Part shown: one piece after another, positions 13,834 to 27,233 of the stretch
How the letters are laid out: every line of letters starts with the position of its first letter
Position numbering within the stretch: position 1 is the stretch's first letter
Assembly (NCBI RefSeq): GCF_006345805.1
Contig: NC_042999.1
Span: forward strand, 46,934,001 to 46,998,000
Origin: Octopus sinensis
Lineage: Eukaryota
DNA length: 64,000 nucleotides
Direction of reading: 5' to 3'
The notes under the pieces: generated by a model
Database searches by the model: none
The model's input: only the letters and a program-made list of their open reading frames with translations
What the model was told of the DNA's origin: nothing
Translations under genes and position numbers: made by a program

Positions 13834-15059
13834 AAACGAAGCAAGTTTATATTTTGCCTTACCTGATGAGCTATGAAAAATTCAATTGTATTTCGCATTG
13901 TATTCTAGTTTTACTGTTATATTCGTGGCATTTGAACTTCATGAGGAACCAGCAAAGCAAAGCCTTGAGGCGATTGGTGAAATCATTGCTTGCAACTCTC
14001 CAGTAAAGAACCCCGATATATTTTTGAAATATATATAACAGAGCCCCTTTGTCTTCTGAACGTTAATTAGTCACGCCATTTCAAAAAAAAAAAAATAGTT
14101 TGTTAATTATTCAGCAAGTACCTATCATGAATCGTATAGTGATTCACTCTGGCTAAAATTGTATGAATCTAACAATTATCTGATCGAAACTTGTTCTTTC
14201 AGAACGAGTTTCTCCCAGACAAATTTATGATATACGCTTCACAAGTTTGCTTTATTTGAAATATCGGTCACGATCAAAGATTTGAATATTGTGAATAAAT
14301 AAAGCAGTAAATAATTACAAATTTATACAGCAGTATAATGTAATCACTAATTAGGATTATATCGAATATAGCTTTATAAAGTATTAGCGTATATGGTCAA
14401 TATGGCGTACTCTTAAAGTAGGGCAATAAGCTGACATTTCATATATAAATACATAAATATAAACACACACACACACATTATATATATATATGACAAATGC
14501 ATGTGTACAAAAAGTGTGTGCACAGAAAAGAGGAGAAAAATTTAAACTTTATAACTAGAAATAGGGATAGAAAATATCAAACGGCTTCAACCTCAAGGCA
14601 TATCCAGGAGGCAGTAATTCTAAAAGACCAAAATGCTGACGCAAAGTTATTTAAATATTTTAAGTATTTTTTCTACAAGAAGGATATTTGATATTGGAAA
14701 AAAAAACCCCTTGTATTTTAGAGATGTGTACTTTTATATATATTCAGTGGTGGGAAGAACTTTTGCTCTGCAAATGAAGATTGAGAGGCACGATCATTCA
14801 TACAGCGGAGAGATGAGGTCGATCGGAACTTAAACTGACGTCGATGCCACTGGCTTGATATTCAAATGCATATTTCATGAACACTACAAAAGAGATGCCA
14901 AAATGTTTCTGTGTGAAAACACATCGCTTCATTCTGCTTTTCGCACAAAGATTTTAGTAACACATTCTGTTATACCATGCTTAGCAACTTAGACGACCAA
15001 CAAGTGATTGGTGACATCAAAAGAAGCGTGGACATATATGTGTATACATATGCACACAT

Positions 15060-15175
15060 TTATATATATATATATATATATACATATACATAAATACATA
15101 CATATATATATGTATATATATAGCCATATGTGTATATGTATATATATATATATATTTATATACATACATACACAC

Positions 15176-15246
<71 letters not shown>

Positions 15247-15255
15247 GATATACAT
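15060..15255. repeat. Interrupted (AT)n tract
   Basis: Direct reading. Confidence 0.9.
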
Positions 15256-15894
15256 ATATGATATTAAATTCTTTGGTCAACTGAAACTATTGTTCTTCGA
15301 TATTTTGCAAAGTGAATTAAAAGGAGATTCTCAACCGTTCACCCATACTACATCAACAGAATTATTCGATATACCTTTCTTGCGTGTTTTATTGCTATTG
15401 TTCTCATACTGGGTTGAATTCAAGCATCATTAGCAATTAATGTATAGTGGTTTAGTAAGTTGGGTGGGATTTCGGAGTAGATTTTTTTCATAACGGTTTT
15501 CTCCTAAGCTCCAACGAAGGTGGAAACATTTGTCGCCAATTCCAATGTTTTAAAAGTATAACATCTCAAATGCTTACCGAAGCTCTTTCAGTTGACTAAA
15601 CATGTTATCCATCACATTTATATAACTGTACATCTAACTTAAATTGTGTATCTTTTGCGTATAAATGACAATGAATCGATCTAAAATGTATCGTATGTAA
15701 TGAATGCCGTATATGGCTATATTCAAATTCTATCGACATCTATATATGAATACATATGATAAAAATTTATACCCCACTGCCATTTGTTTAACATGAGATG
15801 TAATATGATCACACCTAGAGAACATTTCGAAATATACAATTCGAAAGAGAATTTATTTTTTGCGAAAAAGGCAAAGGAACTGAAATTCTTCTAG

Positions 15895-15958
15895 TCACCT
15901 CGATTGTATCCATAAAATGACAAATATAGATAACATTGTGATCAGGATATTGTGACAG
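15895..15958 (+). other. Candidate non-coding exon
   Basis: Acceptor aaattcttctag| and perfect donor CAG|gtaagt. All three frames contain stops. Confidence 0.2.
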
Positions 15959-16089
15959 GTAAGTGTAGCTATATTTTGTATATAGGAAGGAAGCATGAAG
16001 TTACATATTTACATTTAAAACAACTGTGCTAAAATACAAGGTAAAAGTCTACACGGAATGTACGAACGAAGTAACGCACAGTGAAATAC

Positions 16090-16268
16090 TGGTTTCAAAT
16101 TTTGGCCAGCTATTTCGGTGGATGAGCGAGCCGATGATATCGACCCCAGTATTCAACTGGTACTTTAGAGTCGAACTCCGCGGAATTTCAGCTCAGAATA
16201 TAAAGGTGGACGAAGTGCCGTTAAGCATTTTCACCGGCGTGCTAATGATTGTGCTAGCTCTTTGCCAA
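16090..16268 (-). mobile_element. Degenerate SINE family B monomer
   Basis: atcgaccccagt...actggtact...gtcgaactccgcggaatttcagctcagaa...taagcattt..ccggcgtgctaa matches family B reverse complement. Confidence 0.8.
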
Positions 16269-16765
16269 TTGACGGTGAAATATTGATCATAAGTAAATAC
16301 TACGTCAAGGAAATGTATGATTGTAATCGTCTGAAAACTAATAAATTTAATGAAATTAGCCAGATGAAAAATGTAATGCGTGAGACTAGCTGTAAGATAT
16401 TGGCCTTGAGAGATGAATAAAAAAAATATCCAAACGTTACGGAAAAATCAAAGCACCGGAGAATAGTTTTTATTTGATATTGTCGCATTCATTCCAGATT
16501 ATTTCCTCGATGCTGGAGAAGATACAGGATTAGTCTCATTGCTAACAGTAACATAAAAGGTAAACAACTTGTAAATTCTCTTAAATTTCGGTAACCTAAT
16601 TATAGTGATGAGGGAAAATCTTAGCGCGGCAATAAAATTTTTTACAGGAAGTAGTTACATCTTGTCTAGACATTCCTTATATGTTCGATATTTTCTAGTT
16701 AGAAACAGTAAAATATATTGGTTTTTGAATAATTAATGGCTTACAGAGTATCACGTAAGGCTCCT

Positions 16766-17182
16766 TATTTCTTTATTGCCCACAAGGGGCTACACACAGA
16801 GGGAACAAACAAGGACAGACAAACGGATTAAGTCGATTACATCGACCCCACTGCGTAACTGGTACTTATTTAATCGACCACGAAAGGATGAAAAGCAAAG
16901 TCGACCTCGGCGGAATTTGAATTCAGAACGTAGCGGCAGACGAAATACCTATTTCTTTACTACCCACAAGGGGCTAAATACAGAGGGGACAAACAAGGAC
17001 AGACAAACGGATTAAGTCGATTACATCGACCCCACTACGTAACAGGTACTTATTTAATCGTCCGCGAAAGGATGAAAGGCAAAGTCGACCTCGGCAGAAT
17101 TTGAACGCAGAAGGTAGCGGCAGATAAAATACCGCTAAGCATTTCGCCCGGCTTGCTAACGTTTCTGCCAGCTCGCCGCCTT
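16766..17182 (-). mobile_element. Dimeric tRNA-headed SINE family B
   Basis: Head ggcggcgagctggcagaaacgttagc at 17182. Two body+tail units joined at aaagaaata|ggtatttcgtctg (junction 16949/16950). Same architecture as 47536-47954. Confidence 0.95.
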
Positions 17183-18144
17183 CCTGCAGGGACCGAGGGT
17201 GTTATATAAGGTTATATGGGAAAGGGAGTGTTATTTAAGGTTATATGAGGTTATGTTCCAAACATACTAAGTAATATATAGTGTGACAGCTTTATGATTT
17301 TAAAGTTTGGCATATTTTGTCAGCTAAGCCAAGAGAAAGGTAACGCCCCATAAGAAAGATTACTTTGAAATAATACCTCTTTGATCTCATGTATATCTAA
17401 TTCCTTTAAGGGATGCATGCTTTTATCTTTGGGGAATTTTCAAGCTAGCGAGTTGCTTAAGAGGATTATGAAATGGAAATCTTCCATTAATATTCAAATA
17501 ATGGCTTCATTTGATTTTCCGTGTGAAATTAAAAGAATGCATATTAACATGATTAAAGCATCGTAATACCCACTATTGCAACTCTATTCACAACCTCGAA
17601 GAACTGTCTGAAAGGGAAATAAGTGCTCCATTTATAATGGAGTCCAGAAAATCCTATTCACTTTACCATCTTATTCCTGAATTCGTCCTGGATTTGCTCT
17701 TTAAATAATTTGGTATTTCCAATTCCAGATATTCATGAGTTATGTTATACAATGTGGTGTGTTTGAATTGATTTGAAACATCTGGTGTCAACATGAACCA
17801 TTCGTAATGAAAGAACTATTTCAATAGTGTTGCTACGGGCGCTCATATTCTAAAAGCAACAGAGCGAAATAGAAACGGCTAGGAAAACAATTATATGACA
17901 AGTCACAGAAAACCACAATCATTTTACTGTGGAAAATATGCCGAGAATACATTTAATATGTTTAGACATACCATATAATTACAAGGTAATATTGTTCATT
18001 TTAAAAAGCTTAAAGACAGTTTAATAAGATTATGGCTTTTAACATTCACTATCACTTGTGTGGTGTGTCAAAGAGTAAGGCATAGGAAAAAACTGAATAT
18101 ATTTCTATAAAGTATAACAAACTAAGTTTTATAATAATTCGCAG

Positions 18145-18295
18145 GACACATAGATTACGTTGCTGGACCAATCGATATTCCATAAAAATGAAACTGAAAT
18201 TCAAGAAGTGGATTGATATCAAGGAACAAGATGTTTCACTTATCGAAACAGCAAATATTATCGGGAGAATGTTTTTGAATAAATTAGCTGAAAAA
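18145..18295 (+). other. Candidate coding exon (unrecognised product)
   Basis: ttcgcag| acceptor (weak), AAA|gtaggt donor, open frame THRLRCWTNRYSIKMKLKFKKWIDIKEQDVSLIETANIIGRMFLNKLAEK. No family recognised. Confidence 0.2.
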
Positions 18296-18833
18296 GTAGG
18301 TCCACAGACTAACATTTTTAAAGATATTTTAACTTGAGTAAAAGATCTCATACATACAAAATTTTCCACGTTATGATATACTCCGATAGCATCAGACGAC
18401 ATTGTATTTTTCGCGCTGTCGGTTGGCGGCATTATAGTGTCGTTCGTTTAAATTTTACTTCACAATTCACTTTGTTGTTGTTACCTCTATATGGTATCTA
18501 AATATGAAACAAATAACACAACTCACATCCGCAATCGTGAGTCTCACATTGGTACTTAAAACGAAGAGAAAAAAAGAACAAGAAAATATAAAAATGATAG
18601 AACATGAAGGAGGAAATTGTTTCAAACCATATATGTAATTCCGAATAATTCCTGCTATTAATCTCTATACTCAGTAAGGACAACTGCTTTATAATTATTG
18701 CAGAGGAAGCATCCATACCTATTAAATCTAAAATCCTTAGGAGAAAAAAGATCTGCGGAAAGTGAAAAAATGAAAACAAATTTCCATGAGATGGGCAGAT
18801 GATAACGTTTTTAAAAGCCAAAATATTATTCAT

Positions 18834-18870
<37 letters not shown>

Positions 18871-19335
18871 CACACAATACCGACAGACACACACATGCAT
18901 GCTTATATGTCTATATGAGTGCGTGTGTGTGGCATAATAAGTAACATTTCGCTAATAGGCTTAGCTCAGTACTCCGTTACCTTGTTTCTCTTGCGGTACA
19001 CTTATTAAAATTGGCTAGCAGACCTGAAATAAAAACATGCATACCTGTTGCAGAGCACTGGTTTAGCTAGATGATGTTGGTAGTAGTCGCGTCTCAAATA
19101 CATTGATGATGAATGAAAAATGACTGTGATGTAGTTTTCTGGGCTGGATATACAAACGGGAGGTGGTTGACAAAACAATATAAAACAAGAATAAAGGATC
19201 AAAGGACATAATGGCTTTCGAATGAAGGTCACTATGAGGCGTACCCAACCATTTCATAGTCTGTAAAGTTTGCCAAGCGTGACGGCGTGGACAAGAATTT
19301 GATGGTAATGTAGTTCAGGTCAATACCTCAACGTA

Positions 19336-19552
19336 GACGACGAGCTGGCAGAATCGTTAGCACGCTGGGTGAAAGGCTTAGCGCTATTTCGTCTTTCTTT
19401 ACGTTCTCAGTTCAAATTCCGCCGAGGTCGAGTTTGCGTTTGATCCTTTCGGGGTCGATAAATTAAGCACCAATTGCGTACTGTGGTCGATCTAATCGAC
19501 TGGCCCACTCCCTAAAAATTTCGGGCCTTGTGCCTAGGGTAGAAAAGAATAT
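19336..19552 (+). mobile_element. SINE family B monomer with alternative tail
   Basis: gacgagctggcagaatcgttagcacg...gttcaaattccgccgaggtcga...cctttcggggtcgataaattaag...gggccttgtgcctagggtagaaaagaatat. Confidence 0.9.
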
Positions 19553-19796
19553 CCCAACATAGGCCCATATACACGTACTCCTATATATACAAATATGTAC
19601 ACATACACATATACATACGTGGGCCATTCCCATATTTACATAGACTTTTCCATATATTTATACATATATACACAAGTCATATCAACAGGCTTATCGAGGA
19701 GTATATATGCTCATAAACATACTCAGATACAAATATGTGTGTTCACACAAGCGTACCTACACATATAAATACATTCATAGATGTTTATATATAATA

Positions 19797-19899
19797 ACGC
19801 TGCGAGTTGGCAGAAACGGTATCGCGCCGAGTGAAATGCTTATCGGTATTTCGTCTGTCTTTTTGTTCTGAGTTCAAATTCCACCGTGGTCGACTTTGC
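19797..19899 (+). mobile_element. 5' half of SINE family B, cut off by a family A copy
   Basis: gcgagttggcagaaacgg...gttcaaattccaccgtggtcgactttgc stops abruptly at the family A head. Confidence 0.8.
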
Positions 19900-19900
19900 A

Positions 19901-20305
19901 TAGGTTCAGGAGTGGCTGTGTGGTAAGTAGCTTGCTTACCAGCCACATCGTTCCGGGTTCAGGCCCATTGCGTGGCACCTTGGGCAAGTAGTATCTTTTA
20001 CTATAGCCTCGAGCCGACCAAAGGCTTGTGAGTGGATTTGGTAGACGGAATCTGATAGAAGCCCGTCGTATATATGTATATGGATATATATATCAGTGTG
20101 TATGTTTGTGTGTCTGTGTCTGTCCATCCAACATTGCTTGACAACCGATGCTGGTGTGTTTATGTCCCCGTAACATAGTGGTTCGGCAAAAAGACCGATA
20201 GAATAAGTACTACGCTTACAAAAAATAAGTCCTGGGGTCGATTTGCTCGACTAAAGACAGTGCTCCAGCATGGCCGCAGTCAAATGACTGAAACAAGTAA
20301 AAGAG
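19901..20305 (+). mobile_element. Full-length SINE family A
   Basis: tRNA-like head ggagtggctgtgtggtaagtagcttgc...gggttcaggcccattg, CORE-like ccttgggcaagt, tail ccagcatggccgcagtcaaatgactgaaacaagtaaaagag. Confidence 0.95.
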
Positions 20306-20890
20306 ATGCATACATACATGCATTCATACATGTTTATATACATACATAGATACATACACGCACATATACATACGTGTATACTTACATAGATGTAACTGTA
20401 GGTACATACATACGTCCATGCATACGTACGCATATGCATGCATGCGTATATACATCCATTTGTACGCTTATAGAATACCACGGATATTCTTCATTCATCA
20501 TAAATGTATTTTAGGCTCATTTACAACTAACATAATCTAGCTAAGCCTATTAGCGAAATGTCACTTAGGCAACGTGGAATCCTGTTATGTCACTTGATGA
20601 AGAATTTCTGCACTGTAGGGTGCGTTGGAATTTATCATATCGTTCCTCGCCCACCAGGGAACAGTGCATAATTATGCCGAAACAATTATTGTGATAAATA
20701 ACGTTTCCAGCGTACTCTGCCATCCGTATCAATCATTGGGAATATACTCAACATGCACCGCGGAATTGCTAAAGTAAATTGCTAAAGTAGGCGTAAGAAG
20801 TAAACGTACTCTGCCGATACTCTGCAAGGGACATAACCGAAATACTATTTGGATGCTAAATTGTAAAATTCAAATCGTAATTTTAATTAT

Positions 20891-20943
<53 letters not shown>

Positions 20944-21009
20944 CTAGTATAGAAGTTGAACAAATCATAATGTCACCTGAACCTTACCTGATTCGGATTT
21001 TAAAGCTTT

Positions 21010-21082
21010 GACTGTCCGAATTTGAACACCTAACGTGCATAATTCGGATTATTATAACGTTTCTGCCAACTCGCCGCCTTTA
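21010..21082 (-). mobile_element. SINE family B head remnant
   Basis: gaatttgaacac...taacgtttctgccaactcgccgcctt. Confidence 0.7.
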
Positions 21083-21651
21083 AAATGTAAAAAATATTGC
21101 TATAAAATAGCCATGAATAACCGGATTAAAGTATAGGATTGATCGGAAGTCCAATCTTGCAGCAATCACCAGCATGTTGAGGTGATGAGTGCATTTGGAA
21201 TTTTTCATGTAGCATCCTACTATTTCATAGTATAGCTGAGCATGAGAAAGAATGCAGTCTCCTCCATTAATAGCTTACAGCGGTAATTACATGCTTAGAT
21301 TTTATTTACAAGAAAATTACGGGAGATAATCTCTTTCTATCATTTGTAAATATTTTTGCCCCAAGGAATTAAGTTACATTTATACATCTTTTAATTTGCC
21401 GATTATTTGGTACCCTATTCCAAGTATCTGTTGAAGAAATCTTAAATCGTATTCATTAAAAGGAATTTTCTTCATAAACCATAAGTTTGCATTCTCAAGT
21501 TTGATGAATACTGCAGTTAAATCTAATTATTTAAGTAGTTTCTAATGTTCTGTCCTTCTCTCTCTGTATGACAAAATCTGTATTTATCTGTGTATGTAAA
21601 CTTGTATGTATTCATGGAAGTATAAACATATGTGTGCATATGAATGTATGT

Positions 21652-21913
21652 GGAGGCGCAATGGCCCAGGGGTTAGGGCAGCGGACTTGCGGTCGGAGGA
21701 TCGCGGTTTCGATTCCCAGACCGGGCGTTCTATGTGTTTATTGAGCGAAAACACCTGAACCTCCACGAGGCTCCTTGTCGTAACTCTTTCGCTCCAACTT
21801 TCTCACACTTTCTTTCTGTTTCTTGAATAACGCTGCGATGGGGGGGGGGCACATACACCACAGAAACCGGGAAACCGGCCGCGTGAACCTGGATAGGCTT
21901 GAAAAGGCCGCAT
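21652..21913 (+). mobile_element. Chimeric SINE: family C head + family D tail
   Basis: Head ggaggcgcaatggcccag...gcgaaaacacct matches 22174. Tail aacgctgcgatgg...gaaaccgggaaaccgg matches 49165-49240. Confidence 0.85.
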
Positions 21914-22095
21914 AAATACAAATAAATATGAATGTATGTATGTATCTATCTATCCATTTGTGTATATGTATGTGTGCACAGAAACATAAACGGGTTGTGA
22001 GGAAAGAGATGAATTCAATTCTGGTCGAAGTGTGACCATGGTAAAATATGAAGCTATCAAGGTACGCCAGCTAGAAAACGAAACAAACGGCACAA

Positions 22096-22173
<78 letters not shown>

Positions 22174-22176
<3 letters not shown>

Positions 22177-22541
22177 GCGCAATGGGGCAGTGGACTAGCG
22201 GTCATAGGATCGCAGTTTCGATTCCCAGACCGGGCGTTGTGAGTGTTTATTGAGCGAAAACACCTAAAAGCTCCACGAGGCTCCGGCAGGGGATGGTGGT
22301 GATCCTTGCTGTACTCTTTCACCATAACGTTCTCTCACTCTTACTTCCTGTTTCTGTTGTACCTGTATTTCAAAAGGCCGGCCTTGTCACTCTCTGTGCC
22401 ACGCTGAATATCCCCGAGAACAACGTTAAGGGTGCACGTGTCTGTGGAGTGCTCATCCACTTACACGTTAATTTCACGCGCAGGCTGTTCCGTTGATTCG
22501 GATCAACCGGAACCCTCATCGTCGTAACCGACGGAGTGCTT

Positions 22542-22544
<3 letters not shown>
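22174..22544 (+). mobile_element. Full-length tRNA-headed SINE family C
   Basis: A box-like tggggcagtgg, B box gtttcgattcc, tail gtcgtaaccgacggagtg. Reverse complement of 36876-37254. Confidence 0.95.
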
Positions 22545-22619
<75 letters not shown>

Positions 22620-22789
22620 TTAAGGACAAGCAAGTTAGTGAAGACGATATACTAAAACTGTTAAATACATTTAATACAAAGAAATCTGACTTATACAGAA
22701 TGGAAAATATATCAGGAATTAAGGGGTTGAGTAAGAGTTTACGAGGCCAACAGCTGCTTCTGGGGCTTGGTGGTTCAAAATAATGCTTG

Positions 22790-23040
22790 TAACTTGATTC
22801 CATAATCGGATACCACCAATCTTCCTCTTCAGGAAAGAATTTCAGTTGTTGACAGAATGGAGAATAAAGAATGAATTTGTGGAGAACTATGTGTTTTAGA
22901 AAGGGAAGTCGGGGATGTTTAGGTAGAGAGAAGTGGGAGGAGAAAGATCCACCCCCGCCCCTGTCCGGTTGAATAATATTTCCGTCTCATGGAATAGAAG
23001 CAGAAATAACCTGAAATAATCCTGTGTATATCGTACTTAG
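22790..23040 (-). mobile_element. Degenerate CR1/L2-type LINE 3' remnant
   Basis: Minus frame SFF..HSVNN(W)NSFPEE resembles the FFxRxxxxWNxLP end motif of CR1-group ORF2. Confidence 0.35.
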
Positions 23041-23084
23041 TGGATATACACACATCTCAAAATCGCCCGAATATAATTTTTCTA

Positions 23085-23229
23085 TGCGAGGCGCAAGGCC
23101 CGAAATTTTTGGAGGACGGGACCAGTCGAGTAGATCGACCGCAGAACGCAACTGGTACTTAATTTATCGTCCCTGAAAGGATCAAAGGCGAAGACGACCT
23201 CGGCGAAATTTGAACTCAGAACGTAAACA
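23085..23229 (-). mobile_element. 5'-truncated SINE family B (alternative tail)
   Basis: gcaaggcccgaaattttt...ggtacttaatttatcgtccctgaaaggatcaaaggc...aatttgaactcagaacgtaa. Confidence 0.85.
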
Positions 23230-23759
23230 TATTGTCTCTTTCTATCAAAAATTTATATGCTGCCTTTCTATCAAAAATTTATATCCGAGGCAGTGACCAG
23301 TTATAAAGCTAGATGTGCATTTCTGCCTTATTTGGCATTGTAGGTATATTTTACAGTCTCTTTTACTTTTGGAATTGTAATAATACTGTGGAATGCTAAA
23401 ATAAATACACATACAGGAACAATTAAAATCATAAGCGAACAATGGTTATTGAAGTTGCTCACCGAATGTAAAAATTTCAATTTCGGTTCAAATGCAATGA
23501 GAATAAAATTTTCCTTTTGCCTAGCTGTTAATTATAGCGGCAATTATTGTCTACTACGAATTATTTCAGAATACGATAATAATGAGATAGCCTATTTTAC
23601 ATTTCGTGCAAACTACAAAGAACATACACAGAACGCATCCGAAACGTGTAAAAAGGTATAATAATAAAAGACAATAATTCATGCATAGATACATACACAC
23701 AAACAGACTGATATACATACATACATATATTCATAAATGCAAAAAGGTATATGTGTATA

Positions 23760-24433
23760 TATATATATATACTCAACTTGTGTGTCTGTGTGTGTATCTG
23801 TGTGTGTGTCTGTGTGTTTAACTTCCCGGCACATCTCCTCCTAGCCAACAAATCGTAGAACCACCAAAAATGGGTCACTTAAAGTTTAGGCGAATTAAAA
23901 TTGAACTGCGCTATTTCTGTTCCGAAATTCAACTAGCAAGTGCAAAAATCGACAATGCGTTTGTTTAGGCCTTATCCCATGCATTGAATAGTGAACATTA
24001 CTCAGTCAGCTGTTTGGCGTGAACTGTGTTCACCACGCGTGCAAGCATGCGTAAATTGCATGAAAAATAAAAAATCAAGATATAAAAACGAATCGCCGTA
24101 AACATTGTAGAAATTCGGCAAAGAAATGAATTTTCGGGATGTAGCCTGGAGGGTTTTTTCGTATTAATCGGTTGGACTTTGTGAACACATACCAATTGTT
24201 TTCATCACATTTTTAACGCTTTGAATTAAATGTGACCATTTTGCGTTGAGTCTGCAGTTTGAATCATTTTAACCAAATTTTAGCAGGCCGAAGTTTTGAG
24301 CATCACGATACATCGCCAGCGACTCCCTGAAACTCTCCCCTGAGAAATCTATTATATATATAATAATACTTTGAATGTGACTCCTGAGAATGATAAAAGT
24401 AATTATCCAATGAACGACGGGTATTACTGGTAG
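23760..24433 (+). mobile_element. Probable non-autonomous Helitron
   Basis: (TA)n-(TG)n start typical of these elements. End gaacgacgggtattactggTAG|T resembles the termini at 25133 and 27233, but is GTAG and lacks a clean hairpin. Confidence 0.4.
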
Positions 24434-24557
<124 letters not shown>

Positions 24558-25065
24558 GAAACTTACTTGGAAAAGGATGCGTGGCGTTCGATCATATAAT
24601 AGTATAAATAATATATAAATATATGCATATGTACATACATATATGTACATACTTACATCTAGATGTATATATACAAGACATCGAAAAAACGTTGAACACA
24701 TTGAGAAACGAAAACATAAAAACAAAAACATGGAAGCGAACTTCTTTTTCAAACAACGAAAAAACAGAGTACCCCACATACAACACACGGAATATTCCCC
24801 TTCTTCAGTTGTCCCTGTTTCGTCTACTCCGTGTTTAGAATGTGTATTTATCAAGTAATTGTATAGTTATGCAGATAACCATATTTTGTTCCATTCTTAA
24901 TCAAAACTATCCGACGGTCCGACCAACGGGTAACGTCTTTGTGATGTCCTTGCAGTTTTATTACTAAAGCATATTACTCAACCTTCGGTATTCGAATACT
25001 ATTTCTCCACCTCGTTTTATATTTATGTATTTATTCTGGGATAGACAAACACACACACACACCAC

Positions 25066-25107
<42 letters not shown>

Positions 25108-25132
25108 ACACACACACATATATATATATATA

Positions 25133-25914
25133 CTAGCAGCACAACCCGGCGTTGCCCGGATATGTAAGAGCCCCTAGAAGGCAACGACTAATCCCAATCT
25201 AGTCCTTTCCCTCTAGGGAACGAAGGCGCATGTGTAGGTTGCAATGTCTTCTCTTCACTCCCAAATAACTATCAAACAGCTATCGATAATTCAACCCAAC
25301 CAATTCCTACCAGAAAGAAATTACATTCGAGACTTTACCCCCAACTTCTGCTAATAGCTGCTGCAGCCGCAAGTTATTCGAATACTTTTTCTGTTTACAC
25401 TTTCTTTATAACTACTACCCCAAACGTTTTACCTTAAATTTTTTACGTACCCTAAGGGTCCTCGGACGCTACTTGCAAACTCTTGGTTTATTATAAACCG
25501 CTTTTGTCGTGTGCATCAAAAAACCTTTTCCATTTCTTTGTTCAGTTTGGTCACTTTTGACTTTTTCATTGTTGTCACTCACATTGCTGCCCGCTTTTTT
25601 GCTGTTTTTGTACATTTTTATACATTTTGGGATACTTACCCCACGTGTTCCGAGAGTTAAAAAGGTCGAGTGGTGTCCCCTAGACAGTCTGTAGAAAATG
25701 TGTTGCATATAAAAAGCTTAGATTCTCGACCCATGTCGAATTTATCGATTTTTTTTCAGAACTGGAGGAACTTTTCAAAATTTTCACTGCGTTAGTTTTG
25801 AATTATGACATTGGGCTATGTGTGTGTCAAGTTTCATCAGAATCGGTTGAAAGCCGTGGTTAGGGTGAGGGTACAACCTGACAGACACACAGACACACAG
25901 AGAGACAAACTGCC

Positions 25915-25960
<46 letters not shown>
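25133..25960 (-). mobile_element. Non-autonomous Helitron
   Basis: Minus 3' end tccgggcaacgccgggttgtgctgCTAG|T (GC hairpin + CTAG). 5' end tatatataaacggcagtttgtctctctgtgtg...ccgattctgatgaaacttg. Confidence 0.85.
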
Positions 25961-25967
<7 letters not shown>

Positions 25968-25987
25968 CATTTATACATTGATATTTA

Positions 25988-26201
25988 CGAGGGGTGGGTT
26001 GCTCATAGCTTTATACCATGAAAAGCCTGAATAAAGGTTCGACCCTCCGAGTTCATTTACAGGGATTATAAAAATTGAAGTACGGTTGCAATAAGTGTGT
26101 GATTCTAAGAAGCGAATTTGTTGAATAAAAATTGTAATTATCTGACGCTCCTCTATTTTCTTTTACCCAAACCAAACGCAAGAACATTTAGCACCCCCTC
26201 G
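25988..26201. mobile_element. Possible mariner-derived MITE
   Basis: Left TA|CGAGGGGTG and right CACCCCCTCG. The TIR match is only ~9-10 bp. Confidence 0.35.
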
Positions 26202-26332
26202 TGTGTGTGTGTAAGTGTGCGTGTGTGTGTGTGAGTGTGCGTGTGTGTGTGTGAGTGTGCGTGTGTGTGTGTAAGTGTGCGTGTGTGTGTGTGAGTGTGC
26301 GTGTGTGTGTGTGAGTGTGCGTGTGTGTGTGT
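26201..26332. repeat. 20-bp minisatellite with 60-bp higher-order period
   Basis: Unit (gt)6-[a/g]agtgtgc x6 in order a,g,g,a,g,g. Confidence 0.95.
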
Positions 26333-26367
26333 ATAAATGTATATGTATATATATATGTATATGTGTA

Positions 26368-27233
26368 TCTATATATATAAAACTGAGAATGTGTGTCTGT
26401 CTGTGTTGTTCCCTAAAACTTGACAACTACACAACCAATTTCATTAAAATTTTACACATGCCTTACTTAGGGTCCGAGGAGTGTCATCGGCAAAAAAAAG
26501 TAAGTAGTAATTAAAATCAAACTAAAGTATGATATAATCGTAACATAACAAAAGTAAAAATAGCAGCTGGTATAAAATTGCATCAATGACTTGAACTTGA
26601 ATAAGAGGTTTCACATGAATGGGAATAAATTTAAAATAAAATTAGCGTGCAGAAATGGAATAGTCCAGATGGATAAAGAAAAATTAAATTAAAGAAAAGA
26701 TTATTGTTTATAAATTATACAATGTAGAGAAAAAAGATTTGAACACATGGAGGAAAGCACCTTCGAAAAGTGTCTTGGCGCGACTATGAAAGATATCTAA
26801 TTAAAGGTGGTAAATTCGCCACAATAGAAGCAAGGTTCGAGTCAACGGAGCGTGCAAGGGAGTACTCGACTCGATCTTGCAATGTGGAAATATTTTATTT
26901 TTACCTTTGTATCTGGGACGTAGGACGTCCCGGAAAAAAAAATTTTAAATGCACCCCTCCAGAGGTACAGGTTGGCTGGATTGTAGCCACACTTCTAAAC
27001 AAGAGGGAGGACAAGATACAATTGATCAAAATTACAAGAGACGGGCTAACAATTCCAGTCTGTTATATATTTTGAATATTGTTATCACTAGCGATATCAA
27101 GATATAACTTTGTATTTTGTATTTTATGTGTAGATGTATATATATAGATGTACATGTAATATGTACACATATATATACACATATATACATGCACTAGCAC
27201 TATGACCCGGCAACGACGGGTCTTTAATGCTAG
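26368..27233 (+). mobile_element. Non-autonomous Helitron
   Basis: 5' A|TCTATATATATAAAACTGAGAATGTGTGTCTGTC. 3' gacccggcaacgacgggtctttaatgCTAG|T. Continuity between the two ends is assumed. Confidence 0.65.

Noticed and set aside
13863-13890. CUGAUGA-gctat-GAAA hammerhead-like motif, overlapping a minus-strand splice donor
   Set aside because: No stem II, stem III or UH site can be drawn. The putative microexon is only 8 nt.
22625-22783. Protein-like plus frame DKQVSEDDILKLLNTFNTKKSDLYRMENISGIKGL...
   Set aside because: The acceptor is just an AT tract, and the segment is better explained as the antisense 3' end of the adjacent CR1-like relic.
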